Assembly: GCA_964640155.1 (NCBI GenBank)
Contig: CAZXEQ010000002.1
Span: 322,342 to 386,341 of the forward strand
Length of the DNA stretch: 64,000 bases
Origin: an uncultured bacterium
Lineage (GTDB): Bacteria; Auribacterota; JACPWU01
Direction: 5' to 3'
In this document: positions 39,157 to 47,722 of the stretch, piece by piece
Numbering within the stretch: position 1 is the first letter of the stretch
How the letters are laid out: every line of letters starts with the position of its first letter
Notes under the pieces: model-generated
What the model was told of the DNA's origin: nothing
Seen by the model: only the letters and a program-made list of their open reading frames with translations
Databases searched by the model: none
Position numbers and translations under genes: made by a program

Positions 39157-39368
39157 ACACACGATCGGGAAAATTTTCTTAAAAACACTTTGAGATTTTC
39201 GAGAAGCAGGGTCAAGAAGAAAACAGAAGTGATTTATAAAATACGAAGTAACTCGCTGAAGGAGAGAAAGTAGGGATAAAATTTTTTTGAAAAATTATTT
39301 TACAATTAAAAAAACTTGAAGATTTTTCTAAATCTCAAGCTCGAAGTTTAAGGGATTTCTCAAAAGGA

Positions 39369-40508
39369 TTAAAGCTTTCTTACTTTGACATGAGCTTCTT
39401 CTAATAAGCGTAGACTTACATCCCCTACAGAATAGGCATGACTATAAACAACTTCTTTGATGCCACTATTGATAATCATTTTGGTACACATCAGACAAGG
39501 TGAAAAAGTAGAGTAAATTGTAGAGTCTTTAATGCTGACCCCATGATAAGCCGATTGTGTGATCGCATTTTCTTCAGCATGTGAGCATAAACATTCATCG
39601 AGCTGAGTCCCTTGTTGGGAGAAGCTGTTGCATCGTAGACAACCTCCATCCATACAATTCTTAGTACCACGGGGCGTTCCATTATAGCCCGTGGCAATGA
39701 TGCGTTTGTCTTTAACAATAACCGCCGCGACTTTTCGTTTGATACAATTGCTGCGTAAGGCAACTACTTTAGCAATTCCTATAAAATAATCATCCCAGCC
39801 AGGTCGACTAGAATTTGTTCCATATTTTTTTAATACCTCAATCACTTGTTCGTAAATTTTTTCAAGAGATCCTGCATTCATTAAAGAAGTATCTGAAATG
39901 GCTTGTGTTTGGTCTAGTTGTTGATGGTTAGGATTTTGAGATGAACGTTCTGCGTTTTCCAGACGTATAAATTCTTCTAGAGTCTGAGGGTCATTCTCTC
40001 TTCCTCGGGCTTTGATTCGCTCAAAACGTAGTTCCAGAGGAGCATCAATAAAAAGCAGAATAAAATCTTTTCTTTTCTTGAGGGATTTAGCTTCTTCAGG
40101 ATTGCGGATAGAATCTACAACATAATTTTTATCAACATCTAGAGTAGACGAAATCTTATCTGCTAAAACGGAAGGTCCAAACTGACTACGAAGTTCATTC
40201 CCAACTTGAATTAAATTTTCGCGTGTGATTTGAGTCCGTCGATTTTTGAGTTCATCTCGAAGAACATCCGAAAGCGAGGAATAAATAAACCCCCGTTGTT
40301 TTAAAAATTCTGCGATAACTCCTTTGCCTGAGCCATTTCTTCCAGTGAGTCCAATAATCACAAGATTAGAATCCTTTCTTATCAATTCTACTTTCTCGAT
40401 AGATTCTACTATGAGGCGAGTTGTTGGACAACCATTGTTTAAACTAAAAGCGAGAACGATTTTATAATTAAAAGTGTGTACTTTTAAAAAAGTGGCAGAG
40501 CCTGCCAC
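39369..40508 (-). CDS. P-loop nucleotide kinase / dCMP-type zinc deaminase fusion protein
   Basis: N-terminal IIGLTGRNGSGKG Walker A (CoaE/dNMP-kinase-like), C-terminal deaminase with CSHAEENAI and SPCLMCTKMI zinc motifs; the annotated Met start lies inside repeat copy F so the true start is uncertain. Confidence 0.7.
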   Translation of the reverse strand: MAGSATFLKVHTFNYKIVLAFSLNNGCPTTRLIVESIEKVELIRKDSNLVIIGLTGRNGSGKGVIAEFLKQRGFIYSSLSDVLRDELKNRRTQITRENLIQVGNELRSQFGPSVLADKISSTLDVDKNYVVDSIRNPEEAKSLKKRKDFILLFIDAPLELRFERIKARGRENDPQTLEEFIRLENAERSSQNPNHQQLDQTQAISDTSLMNAGSLEKIYEQVIEVLKKYGTNSSRPGWDDYFIGIAKVVALRSNCIKRKVAAVIVKDKRIIATGYNGTPRGTKNCMDGGCLRCNSFSQQGTQLDECLCSHAEENAITQSAYHGVSIKDSTIYSTFSPCLMCTKMIINSGIKEVVYSHAYSVGDVSLRLLEEAHVKVRKL

Positions 40509-40596
40509 TCGTCAGCCCCACCGTGCTCATGAAAAATTGCGCGCGGCGGGGCTCCCCCCGCCGAGTGTCACCCGCATATATAAAGTACACACTTTT
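40471..40596 (+). repeat. palindromic repeat element (RPE-like) copy F, overlapping the 5' end of the kinase-deaminase ORF
   Basis: Near-identical to copy B (aaagtgtgtacttttaaaaaagtggcag.gcctg...). Confidence 0.7.
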
Positions 40597-40831
40597 CTAC
40601 ACATCATCGCAAGAACTTCAATTAGAATATTTTAATTTTACTTTAATGATTTTTTAACCTTTCTACTGAGATAATGCCTCTGTTAAAAAAGGCAGCATTG
40701 TTTCAGAGATAAAAAAATCTTTTCTTCAAATAGGGGGTTATGGTATATTTTGCGCACCTTACTCATCATGTGGGATGATGAGAGGATGTAGTTCAAAGTT
40801 AATTATTTAAATCAAACCAAGGAGATCAGTA

Positions 40832-41398
40832 ATGAAGAAGTTATTAGCGATTGCCCTTCTTTGCTTAGGCGTAGCAGGTTATGCCAAGGCTGATGAAGGT
40901 TCAGCATGTGTGCTTCATGGTTTTTATCTTGAACCAACTGTAGAAGCTTTTATTCCTTTCAATGATGATTTGGATTCTACAGTTTATGCAGGCGGTAAAG
41001 GTGGATATCAGTTCAACGAATGGTTTGCTGCTGAAATCGAAGCAGGTTGGGCAAACCCAGATCTTGCTGATGTAGGTGATGTCTCCACAGTACCTTTGCT
41101 TTTCAATGCCCGCATTAATTTATGGCCTGGCGTTTACTGTGTTGATCCTTATGTATTCGGCGGTATTGGTATTGCTTTCAATGAACTTGATGGCGTTCCA
41201 GCCGGTGTTGAGATTGATGACAGCTTTGCAGGTCAAATTGGCGCAGGAATTGAATACCATATCAACGAATCTCTTTCAGCTCAGCTTGAGTTGGATTTCT
41301 ACTTTAACAGCCCCGATTTAAACGTCCCTTTATTAGATGAAGAGGATGTTGAATTAAATGCTTTCCGTATCGGTGGCGGTATTACTTGGAGATTCTAA
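40832..41398 (+). CDS. outer membrane beta-barrel protein (OmpW/OmpA-like small porin family)
   Basis: Signal peptide, alternating hydrophobic beta-strand pattern, C-terminal aromatic ITWRF typical of OMP barrels. Confidence 0.6.
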   Translation: MKKLLAIALLCLGVAGYAKADEGSACVLHGFYLEPTVEAFIPFNDDLDSTVYAGGKGGYQFNEWFAAEIEAGWANPDLADVGDVSTVPLLFNARINLWPGVYCVDPYVFGGIGIAFNELDGVPAGVEIDDSFAGQIGAGIEYHINESLSAQLELDFYFNSPDLNVPLLDEEDVELNAFRIGGGITWRF

Positions 41399-41428
41399 TT
41401 TCTCAAATTTGAGAAATTATTTTTTAAA

Positions 41429-41456
41429 GGGCGGGATTATTCCCGCCCTTTTTCTT
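41429..41456 (+). terminator. rho-independent terminator after the OMP gene
   Basis: Perfect hairpin gggcggga-ttat-tcccgccc followed by tttttcttttt. Confidence 0.65.
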
Positions 41457-41770
41457 TTTAGAGATTTTTCAGAAAAAGGGTGTTCTTTGTAATGCGGATG
41501 ACACTTGTCGGTGGGACTGACAAGTGGTAGGAACCACTATTCCTACAAAGAATACACTTGCTATAATTAATGTTTATTTACATTCTTTAAATTGGTATTC
41601 TTATCCAGTATTAGCTTCGCCCTTGGAGGGGAGCCAACGGGCCTATCCAACATTGTGAGAAAAACATTCAAATCCTATTAAAGGGATATTGAAAGTTTTT
41701 CTTTCTCTAGATTTTGGCCCTGTCAGTATTCGAATGTCCAACGTGTGTCTTGGGGAGCCATAAAGCTATT

Positions 41771-43078
41771 ATGAAAGCGCCAAAAGTTTTAGTGGTAGAT
41801 GATGAACAGGGAATACAAGAATCATTAAAAATGATTTTAAAAGAAGATTATCATGTCTTCACTGCTCCAAATGGTGAAGAGGCTTTTAAAGTTTTAAGTC
41901 AAGAATCTCCAGATTTGGTTCTCCTCGATGTTTTATTGCCTGGTATGGGTGGTATTGAAATTTTAAAAAAAGTAAAGGTTTCTAACCCGCAAACTCAAGT
42001 CATCATGGTGACAGGACAGGGGAAATTAAAAACAGCGGTAGAAGCTATTAAACTAGGTGCTTTCGATTACATTCATAAACCTTTTGATATTGAAGAATTA
42101 CGCAGAGTGGTCAAAAAGGCCATTGAACAAAGAAAATTTAAAGAGAGTGTTGATTTTCTAAAAGTAGAAGCCAAGCGCTCTTCCCAATTTGATGGAATTG
42201 TAGGATTTAGTCAAAAGATGAAGGACTTATTTGAAATCATCTCTCGTGTGATGAATTCGAATTCGAATGTTTTAATTACAGGAGAAAGTGGCACGGGAAA
42301 AGAATTGGTAGCTCGAGCTCTCCATTACAATGGTGTGAGAAAAGAAGGCCCTTTTGTGGTGGTTCATACTTCGGCGATTCCAGATAAACTCTTGGAAAGT
42401 GAACTTTTTGGCCATGAAAAAGGTGCCTTTACAGAAGAATTTCGACGTGTAGGTGGCATAGAATCGATTCATGTAGATGTTCGCTTTGTGGCTGCGACCA
42501 ATAAAAATTTAGAAAAGGCAATTCAATCAAATGACTTTCGAGAAGATCTATATTATAGATTGAGTGTGGTTCCTATCGTATTACCTCCATTGCGGGACAG
42601 AAGAGAAGATATCCCCTTGCTTGTTTATCATTTCCTTGAACGCAATCGTGCAAATAATAAAAATACGAAGGTAGAGGGATTTTCTCAAGAAGCTTTAGAT
42701 GCTTTAAGCTCTTATGATTGGCCCGGAAATGTTCGAGAATTACAAAATGTTATTGAAAACCTTGTTGTTATGAGCGATCGATATTTGATACAAATCGAAG
42801 ATCTTCCTCAAACCATTCGTATGAATCAATTGCAAAAAACTTTTTTTAATCGCAGTTCCCAAAATGGGGCTTCTTTGGAAGAAGTGGTTGCTGCTTTTGA
42901 GAAACAATTGATTTCTGAAGCCCTGCAAAAATGTAATGGTGTTTATACGCGAGCGGCTAAGCTCTTGGGAACAACGAGGCGTATCTTAAAATACCGTATT
43001 GATCAATTACAAATTGTGATTGAAAAGCGTAGACGACGAGTCTCTAAAATTAAAGAAGCAGTCCCTGTTTCTTTGTAA
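41771..43078 (+). CDS. sigma-54-dependent response regulator (receiver + AAA+ + Fis-type HTH), apparently lacking the Walker B region
   Basis: Receiver domain (VLVVDDE...LLDVLLPGMGG), Walker A GESGTGKE, ESELFGHEKGAFTEE (GAFTGA variant), R-finger FREDLYYRL, sensor II WPGNVREL, C-terminal HTH; start set at internal Met (MKAPKV). Confidence 0.8.
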   Translation: MKAPKVLVVDDEQGIQESLKMILKEDYHVFTAPNGEEAFKVLSQESPDLVLLDVLLPGMGGIEILKKVKVSNPQTQVIMVTGQGKLKTAVEAIKLGAFDYIHKPFDIEELRRVVKKAIEQRKFKESVDFLKVEAKRSSQFDGIVGFSQKMKDLFEIISRVMNSNSNVLITGESGTGKELVARALHYNGVRKEGPFVVVHTSAIPDKLLESELFGHEKGAFTEEFRRVGGIESIHVDVRFVAATNKNLEKAIQSNDFREDLYYRLSVVPIVLPPLRDRREDIPLLVYHFLERNRANNKNTKVEGFSQEALDALSSYDWPGNVRELQNVIENLVVMSDRYLIQIEDLPQTIRMNQLQKTFFNRSSQNGASLEEVVAAFEKQLISEALQKCNGVYTRAAKLLGTTRRILKYRIDQLQIVIEKRRRRVSKIKEAVPVSL

Positions 43079-43267
43079 ACATTTTTGTACAATCTTGTAT
43101 TTCTCGCCATTTTTGTTCATTCATATGCAAGTGCAATATCTTATCAGCATCCATCTCCTCACTTCTTAACTTGTTATGATTTAAATAGTTAAGACTATTT
43201 TTGTTGTTATTTTTATTTTTGGCATAAAACTTGATTATCCATAGGATGAGTGCTTCCTCGTTCAAAT

Positions 43268-43312
43268 CCCGCGGAAGGTAGGCAAAAACCTGCTTTCCGT
43301 GGGAATTTTTTT
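43268..43312 (+). terminator. candidate rho-independent terminator
   Basis: Stem cccgcggaagg / cctgctttccgtggg (with G-U pairs) followed by aattttttt. Confidence 0.4.
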
Positions 43313-43325
43313 GATATCCCTAATA

Positions 43326-43475
43326 AAAAGTGTGTCTTCGGACTTTTCGCCACCTTTAGGATTATATAAGAAACGGGTCCTGCCACTCGTCAGCCCCACC
43401 GTGCTCATAAAAAATTGCGCGCGGTGGGGGGCCTCTCCGCCGAGTGTCACCCGTAGTGTAAAGGACACACTTTTT
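43326..43475 (+). repeat. palindromic repeat element (RPE-like) copy G, long variant
   Basis: TIRs aaagtgtgtc / aaaggacacac; 5' extension cttcggacttttcgccacctttaggat shared with copy E. Confidence 0.7.
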
Positions 43476-43580
43476 GCGCACGATTGATTTTCCTCATTGG
43501 TCCTCAAATTCTACAGTTCTGGTCCCTATGACGTGAGTATGCATAAGAAAAAGTTTGAGGGTATTTAAAATTCGGATAGA

Positions 43581-44045
43581 ATGTTCCACATGTTTGGAAA
43601 AAGAATATTTCAAAAACCTGAGCAGCATGTTTCGGCAGGGGGGTTGGTTTATCGCCCACAAACTGCTGGAGCTATACAAGTTGTTTTAATTTCTCGTCTC
43701 GGGGGTAAGGTGTGGTGTCTGCCTAAGGGGCATGTTGAGAAAGGTGAAACCTTTGAGCAAGCTGCCCAAAGAGAAGTGAAAGAAGAAACAGGACTTGTGG
43801 CGGAGGTTGTTTCTCCCTTGGGGGATGTGCAGTATGGATATTATGACAAATGGGAGAAAAAGAAAATTTCTAAAACCGTTCATTTTTTTCTCCTACTTTA
43901 TAAAATGGGGGATGTCGATAACCATGATCGTGAAGTAGATGAAGCCAGATGGTTTTCAATTGAAGAAGCTTTGACAAAAATAACTTACTCAAGTGAAAGA
44001 GGCGTTTTTGAAAAAGCGATTAAAGCGTTAGAAAAGAATTTGTAA
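43581..44045 (+). CDS. NUDIX hydrolase
   Basis: Nudix box GHVEKGETFEQAAQREVKEETGL. Confidence 0.8.
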   Translation: MFHMFGKRIFQKPEQHVSAGGLVYRPQTAGAIQVVLISRLGGKVWCLPKGHVEKGETFEQAAQREVKEETGLVAEVVSPLGDVQYGYYDKWEKKKISKTVHFFLLLYKMGDVDNHDREVDEARWFSIEEALTKITYSSERGVFEKAIKALEKNL

Positions 44046-44152
44046 GTTCTGCATATTTAAATTAGATCTTAGCATTTTTTACGAATAGCATCTTCAGTGT
44101 TGAGGCTAAAAACTTTTTTTGTTAATGTCTCTGGTCGAAATTTAGAATTTAC

Positions 44153-44224
44153 GCTGGTGTAGCTCAACGGTAGAGCACCTGATTTGTAATCAGGCGGTTG
44201 CGGGTTCAAATCCCATCACCAGCT
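44153..44224 (+). tRNA. tRNA-Thr (anticodon UGU)
   Basis: gctggtgTAGCTCAACGGTAGAGC, anticodon loop uuUGUaa, T-loop TTCAAATCC; one apparent T-stem mismatch. Confidence 0.7.
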
Positions 44225-44277
44225 GTTTCTTTGTGCAGTAGGAAATTGCAAAGGAATCTCACAGACTTGAAGAGCTG

Positions 44278-44412
44278 ATGGGAGGATTTGAAGGGAGCTC
44301 CGACGCCTTTATGATGCTGATCATGCGGTGCATGATCAGCGACGTCTAGTCGGAGCGGGTGGCCGACCGGAGTGAACGAAGTGAACATAGGCGCCAAATC
44401 CCATCACCAGCT
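44278..44412 (+). repeat. tRNA-downstream element copy 4
   Basis: GGGAGGATTTGAAGGGAG start, long hairpin (gctccgac...gatgctgatcatgc-ggt-gcatgatcagc...gtcggagc), GGGTGGCCGACCGGAGTGA module, ends with caaatcccatcaccagctgtt duplicating the tRNA-Thr 3' end. Confidence 0.5.
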
Positions 44413-44486
44413 GTTTTTTTATCATTCATAAAATAACCTCTTGGTTTTTTCTGATCCGTAGTAAAATGTGAAAGGGATTTATCTAC

Positions 44487-45719
44487 ATGCAAATCACATT
44501 TATTTTTCTCTCTCTTATTCTAGGTGTTTTTTTGGGATTGGCTTTGGCAGGGCTTTTACGCTGGTTCAAAACGAGAACAGCTTATGAATTAGCAGAAGAA
44601 TTATATCGCCAGAATGAAACGATGAGAAAGAGTGAAGTGGGGGAACTCATTCAAAATCTAAAGGCGAATTTTGGCAGCCTCTCTCTTGAAGCTTTATCTA
44701 AGTCTACCGAAGAATTACTTAAACTTGCTCAATCTAAGTTTCAGTCTGAAAGAGAATCTTACACAAAAGATCTTGAAACAAAAAAAGGATTAATTGACCA
44801 ACAGCTGACGAACATGAATCAGGAATTGGAAAAAGTTACTGATTTGATGAAAACCTTGGAGAATGATCGTGTTCAAAAATTTGGACAATTAGAATCTCAG
44901 CTAAAAAATCAAAATGAACAAGTATCAAAATTATCTCAAACAGCACAAACTTTGAAAGAAGCCTTAGCCGGTACTAAAACCAGAGGACAATTAGGAGAGA
45001 AGCTTGCTGAAGATGTTTTGCGTTTGATGGGTTTTATCGAAAATGTCAATTATCAAAAACAACGCATGATTGAAACAGAGGGAACAAAACCAGATTTCAC
45101 GTTTCTTTTACCAAAAGATCTTAAACTTAACATGGATGTTAAATTCCCCTTAAGTAGTTACTTGAGGCATCTTGAAGCCCCGTCTAAAATAGAAAAAGAC
45201 CAGCATTTAGCGCAATTTTTGAAAGATGTTCGAGCTAGAGTCAAAGAGATTACGTCGCGTGATTATATTAATCCAGCGCAAAATACTTTAGATTACGTCC
45301 TTCTTTTTATCCCTAACGAGCAAGTTTATGCTTTTATTCAAGAGAACGATGCCAGCATTTTTGATGATGCTCTTAAAACCAAAGTTGTTTTTTGTTCTCC
45401 TTTAACGCTCTATGCCATTCTTGCTGTAATCCGGCAGGCCATTGATAATTTTGCTCTTGAGAAAGCATCTAAAGAAATGCTGTCTTTATTTGGAGCTTTT
45501 AGAAAGCAATGGACGGAATTCGTAAAGAAGATGGAAACCTTAGGTAAAAAAATTGATGATGCTCAAGAAACTTTTGCATCTTTGATGAGTACACGACAAA
45601 GAGAATTAGAAAAACCTCTCAATAAAATTGAAGAATTAAGAAAAGCAGAAGGTTTGCCTTTAGCGACAATCGAAGAGATAAAAGAACCTCTCTTACTATC
45701 AGAAGTAAAAGAGTCTTGA
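44487..45719 (+). CDS. rmuC: DNA recombination protein RmuC
   Basis: N-terminal TM, long coiled coil, C-terminal RmuC-type domain (TRGQLGEKLAEDVLRLMGF...). Confidence 0.75.
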   Translation: MQITFIFLSLILGVFLGLALAGLLRWFKTRTAYELAEELYRQNETMRKSEVGELIQNLKANFGSLSLEALSKSTEELLKLAQSKFQSERESYTKDLETKKGLIDQQLTNMNQELEKVTDLMKTLENDRVQKFGQLESQLKNQNEQVSKLSQTAQTLKEALAGTKTRGQLGEKLAEDVLRLMGFIENVNYQKQRMIETEGTKPDFTFLLPKDLKLNMDVKFPLSSYLRHLEAPSKIEKDQHLAQFLKDVRARVKEITSRDYINPAQNTLDYVLLFIPNEQVYAFIQENDASIFDDALKTKVVFCSPLTLYAILAVIRQAIDNFALEKASKEMLSLFGAFRKQWTEFVKKMETLGKKIDDAQETFASLMSTRQRELEKPLNKIEELRKAEGLPLATIEEIKEPLLLSEVKES

Positions 45720-46002
45720 AAGAACCGTACGTCTTTGAAAAATTATCTTGTCAAAAATAAGTGATTTAAGTTATAGTACCCCTACATGATTTAATTTTAA
45801 TCAAAGCTCTTAAGCGTAAAGAGCAGGTCGCTCTTTCTGCGTTTGGGTTTTGTTTTATTTTTACGGTTTAATTACAGTGTTCTGGCGTGAACCGCATCGT
45901 TTTCCTGTGGTGTTGCACTCCGGTAGAATCTGTAGCACAATCGGCAGTTGGATAATAGAACAGGGAATGCTTTATGTTTTTCCCTTGTTAATTTGGTATG
46001 CA

Positions 46003-46084
46003 GGGCAGGTACCAAAGCGGCCAACTGGGCCAGACTGTAAATCTGGTGGCTATGCCTACGAAGGTTCGAATCCTTCCCTGCCCA
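46003..46084 (+). tRNA. tRNA-Tyr (anticodon GUA)
   Basis: Acceptor gggcagg/cctgccc, D-arm CCAAAGCGGCCAACTGG, anticodon loop cuGUAaa, long variable arm, T-arm GAAGGTTCGAATCCTTC. Confidence 0.8.
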
Positions 46085-46174
46085 TAAAAGTAGGGTTTAG
46101 GGCATAGGGATAAGGGTTGAGAGATACGTTTTTCTCTAAACCCTAGACCCTATACGCTAAGTCCTGAGTTTAAT

Positions 46175-46245
46175 GCGGGAGTAGCTCAATGGTAGAGTTC
46201 CAGCCTTCCAAGCTGGCCATGCGGGTTCGATTCCCGTCTCCCGCT
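46175..46245 (+). tRNA. tRNA-Gly (anticodon UCC)
   Basis: gcgggagTAGCTCAATGGTAGAG, anticodon loop cuUCCaa, T-arm GGGTTCGATTCCCG. Confidence 0.85.
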
Positions 46246-46304
46246 CGAAAAACTCGAGCAGGTGAGACGAGATGTATAAGGTAATATAAGCCCTGATTTT
46301 AACT

Positions 46305-46377
46305 GCCGAGATAGCTCAGCCGGCAGAGCACGTCCTTGGTAAGGACGAGGCCACGGGTTCGATTCCCGTTCTCGGCT
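46305..46377 (+). tRNA. tRNA-Thr (anticodon GGU)
   Basis: gccgagaTAGCTCAGCCGGCAGAGC, anticodon loop uuGGUaa, T-arm CGGGTTCGATTCCCG. Confidence 0.85.
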
Positions 46378-46475
46378 AAGTTATGAGGCTTAGAATAAAT
46401 TTAGAAACAAACGGGATTTGAATTTTTTAAGACGTGGAAATATTAAGAAGAACTTGAATAGGGGAGAAAAACAAA

Positions 46476-47672
46476 ATGGCTAAGGAAAAATTTGAGAGAA
46501 AGAAACCACATGTAAACGTGGGAACGATTGGACACGTAGATCATGGTAAAACGACATTGACCGCAGCATTGACCAAAGTACTGTCAAAGAAGGGTCAAGC
46601 CAAAGAAATCACCTATGCCGACATCGCCAAAGGCGGAGTCGTGCGAGATGACTCAAAGATTGTAACCATTGCCGTATCACACGTAGAATACGAAAGCACC
46701 AATCGACACTATGCGCATATCGATTGTCCAGGACATGCCGACTATGTCAAAAACATGATCACTGGAGCAGCCCAAATGGATGGAGCCATTCTAGTGGTAA
46801 GTGCAACTGATGGACCCATGCCCCAAACAAGAGAACACATCTTATTGGCAAGGCAAGTCGGAGTACCTAACATCGTCGTATTCTTAAACAAATGTGACAC
46901 CGTAGATGATCCAGAACTATTAGACCTCGTAGAACTAGAAGTAAGAGAACTATTAACACAATATCAATTCCCCGGAGACAAAACTCCTATCGTCAGAGGA
47001 AGCGCATTAAAAGCACTACAGGGAGACACGAGCGAACTGGGAGAGCCATCCATTGCTAAACTACTAGAAGCATTGGACAGCTACATTCCAGAACCCAAAA
47101 GAGAAATCGACAAACCCTTCCTCATGCCCGTAGAAGACGTATTCAGCATCACTGGAAGAGGAACCGTAGCAACGGGAAGAATTGAAAGAGGCATCGTAAA
47201 AGTAGGAGAAACCCTAGAAGTCGTAGGACTCAAACCCACTAAAAACGTCGTCGTCACTGGAGTAGAAATGTTCCGAAAAGAACTAGACCAGGGACAAGCA
47301 GGAGACAACGTAGGAGCCTTGCTTAGAGGAGCAGAAAAAGACGACATCGAAAGAGGACAAGTCTTAGCGGCACCCGGAAGCATCAAGCCGCATACCAAAT
47401 TCAAAGCAGAAGTCTATGTCTTGAGCAAAGAAGAAGGAGGAAGGCACACACCCTTCTTCAATGGATACAGACCTCAATTCTACTTCAGAACAACGGATGT
47501 GACTGGAGTGGCGAACCTAGCAGGTGGAATAGAAATGGTAATGCCTGGAGACAACACGGCATTAGAAGTAGAGTTGATCAGTCCAATTGCAATGGACAAG
47601 GGCTTAAGATTTGCAATCCGAGAGGGAGGCAAGACCATCGGAGCAGGTAGAGTTACTGATATTATTGCGTAA
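46476..47672 (+). CDS. tuf: elongation factor Tu (copy 1)
   Basis: [11 protein letters not shown]1 motif, [12 protein letters not shown]; 398 aa; nucleotide-identical to copy at 62231-63427. Confidence 0.95.
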   Translation: MAKEKFERKKPHVNVGTIGHVDHGKTTLTAALTKVLSKKGQAKEITYADIAKGGVVRDDSKIVTIAVSHVEYESTNRHYAHIDCPGHADYVKNMITGAAQMDGAILVVSATDGPMPQTREHILLARQVGVPNIVVFLNKCDTVDDPELLDLVELEVRELLTQYQFPGDKTPIVRGSALKALQGDTSELGEPSIAKLLEALDSYIPEPKREIDKPFLMPVEDVFSITGRGTVATGRIERGIVKVGETLEVVGLKPTKNVVVTGVEMFRKELDQGQAGDNVGALLRGAEKDDIERGQVLAAPGSIKPHTKFKAEVYVLSKEEGGRHTPFFNGYRPQFYFRTTDVTGVANLAGGIEMVMPGDNTALEVELISPIAMDKGLRFAIREGGKTIGAGRVTDIIA

Positions 47673-47722
47673 ATTAAATACAGGGAGCATGGAATAGGAT
47701 TTAGAACTATTCCTGATTTTAT

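Noticed and set aside
43240-43267. Isolated tRNA T-loop-like string (cgttcaaatccc) upstream of the candidate terminator
   Set aside because: Too short and without acceptor or anticodon arms; could be chance or part of the terminator hairpin.
22031-43475. Possibility that the repeated palindromic units form a CRISPR array
   Set aside because: Copies are 120-150 bp, dispersed over 21 kb with kilobase-scale irregular spacing, lie within or between genes, and there are no cas genes in the window.
45850-46107. 85-aa ORF overlapping tRNA-Tyr
   Set aside because: Contains the complete tRNA-Tyr cloverleaf; spurious.
47081-47404. Long antisense ORFs inside both tuf copies (also 47480-47803, 62836-63159)
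   Set aside because: They lie opposite a highly conserved EF-Tu frame; their openness is a by-product of the T-poor third-position composition of tuf, not evidence of a gene.
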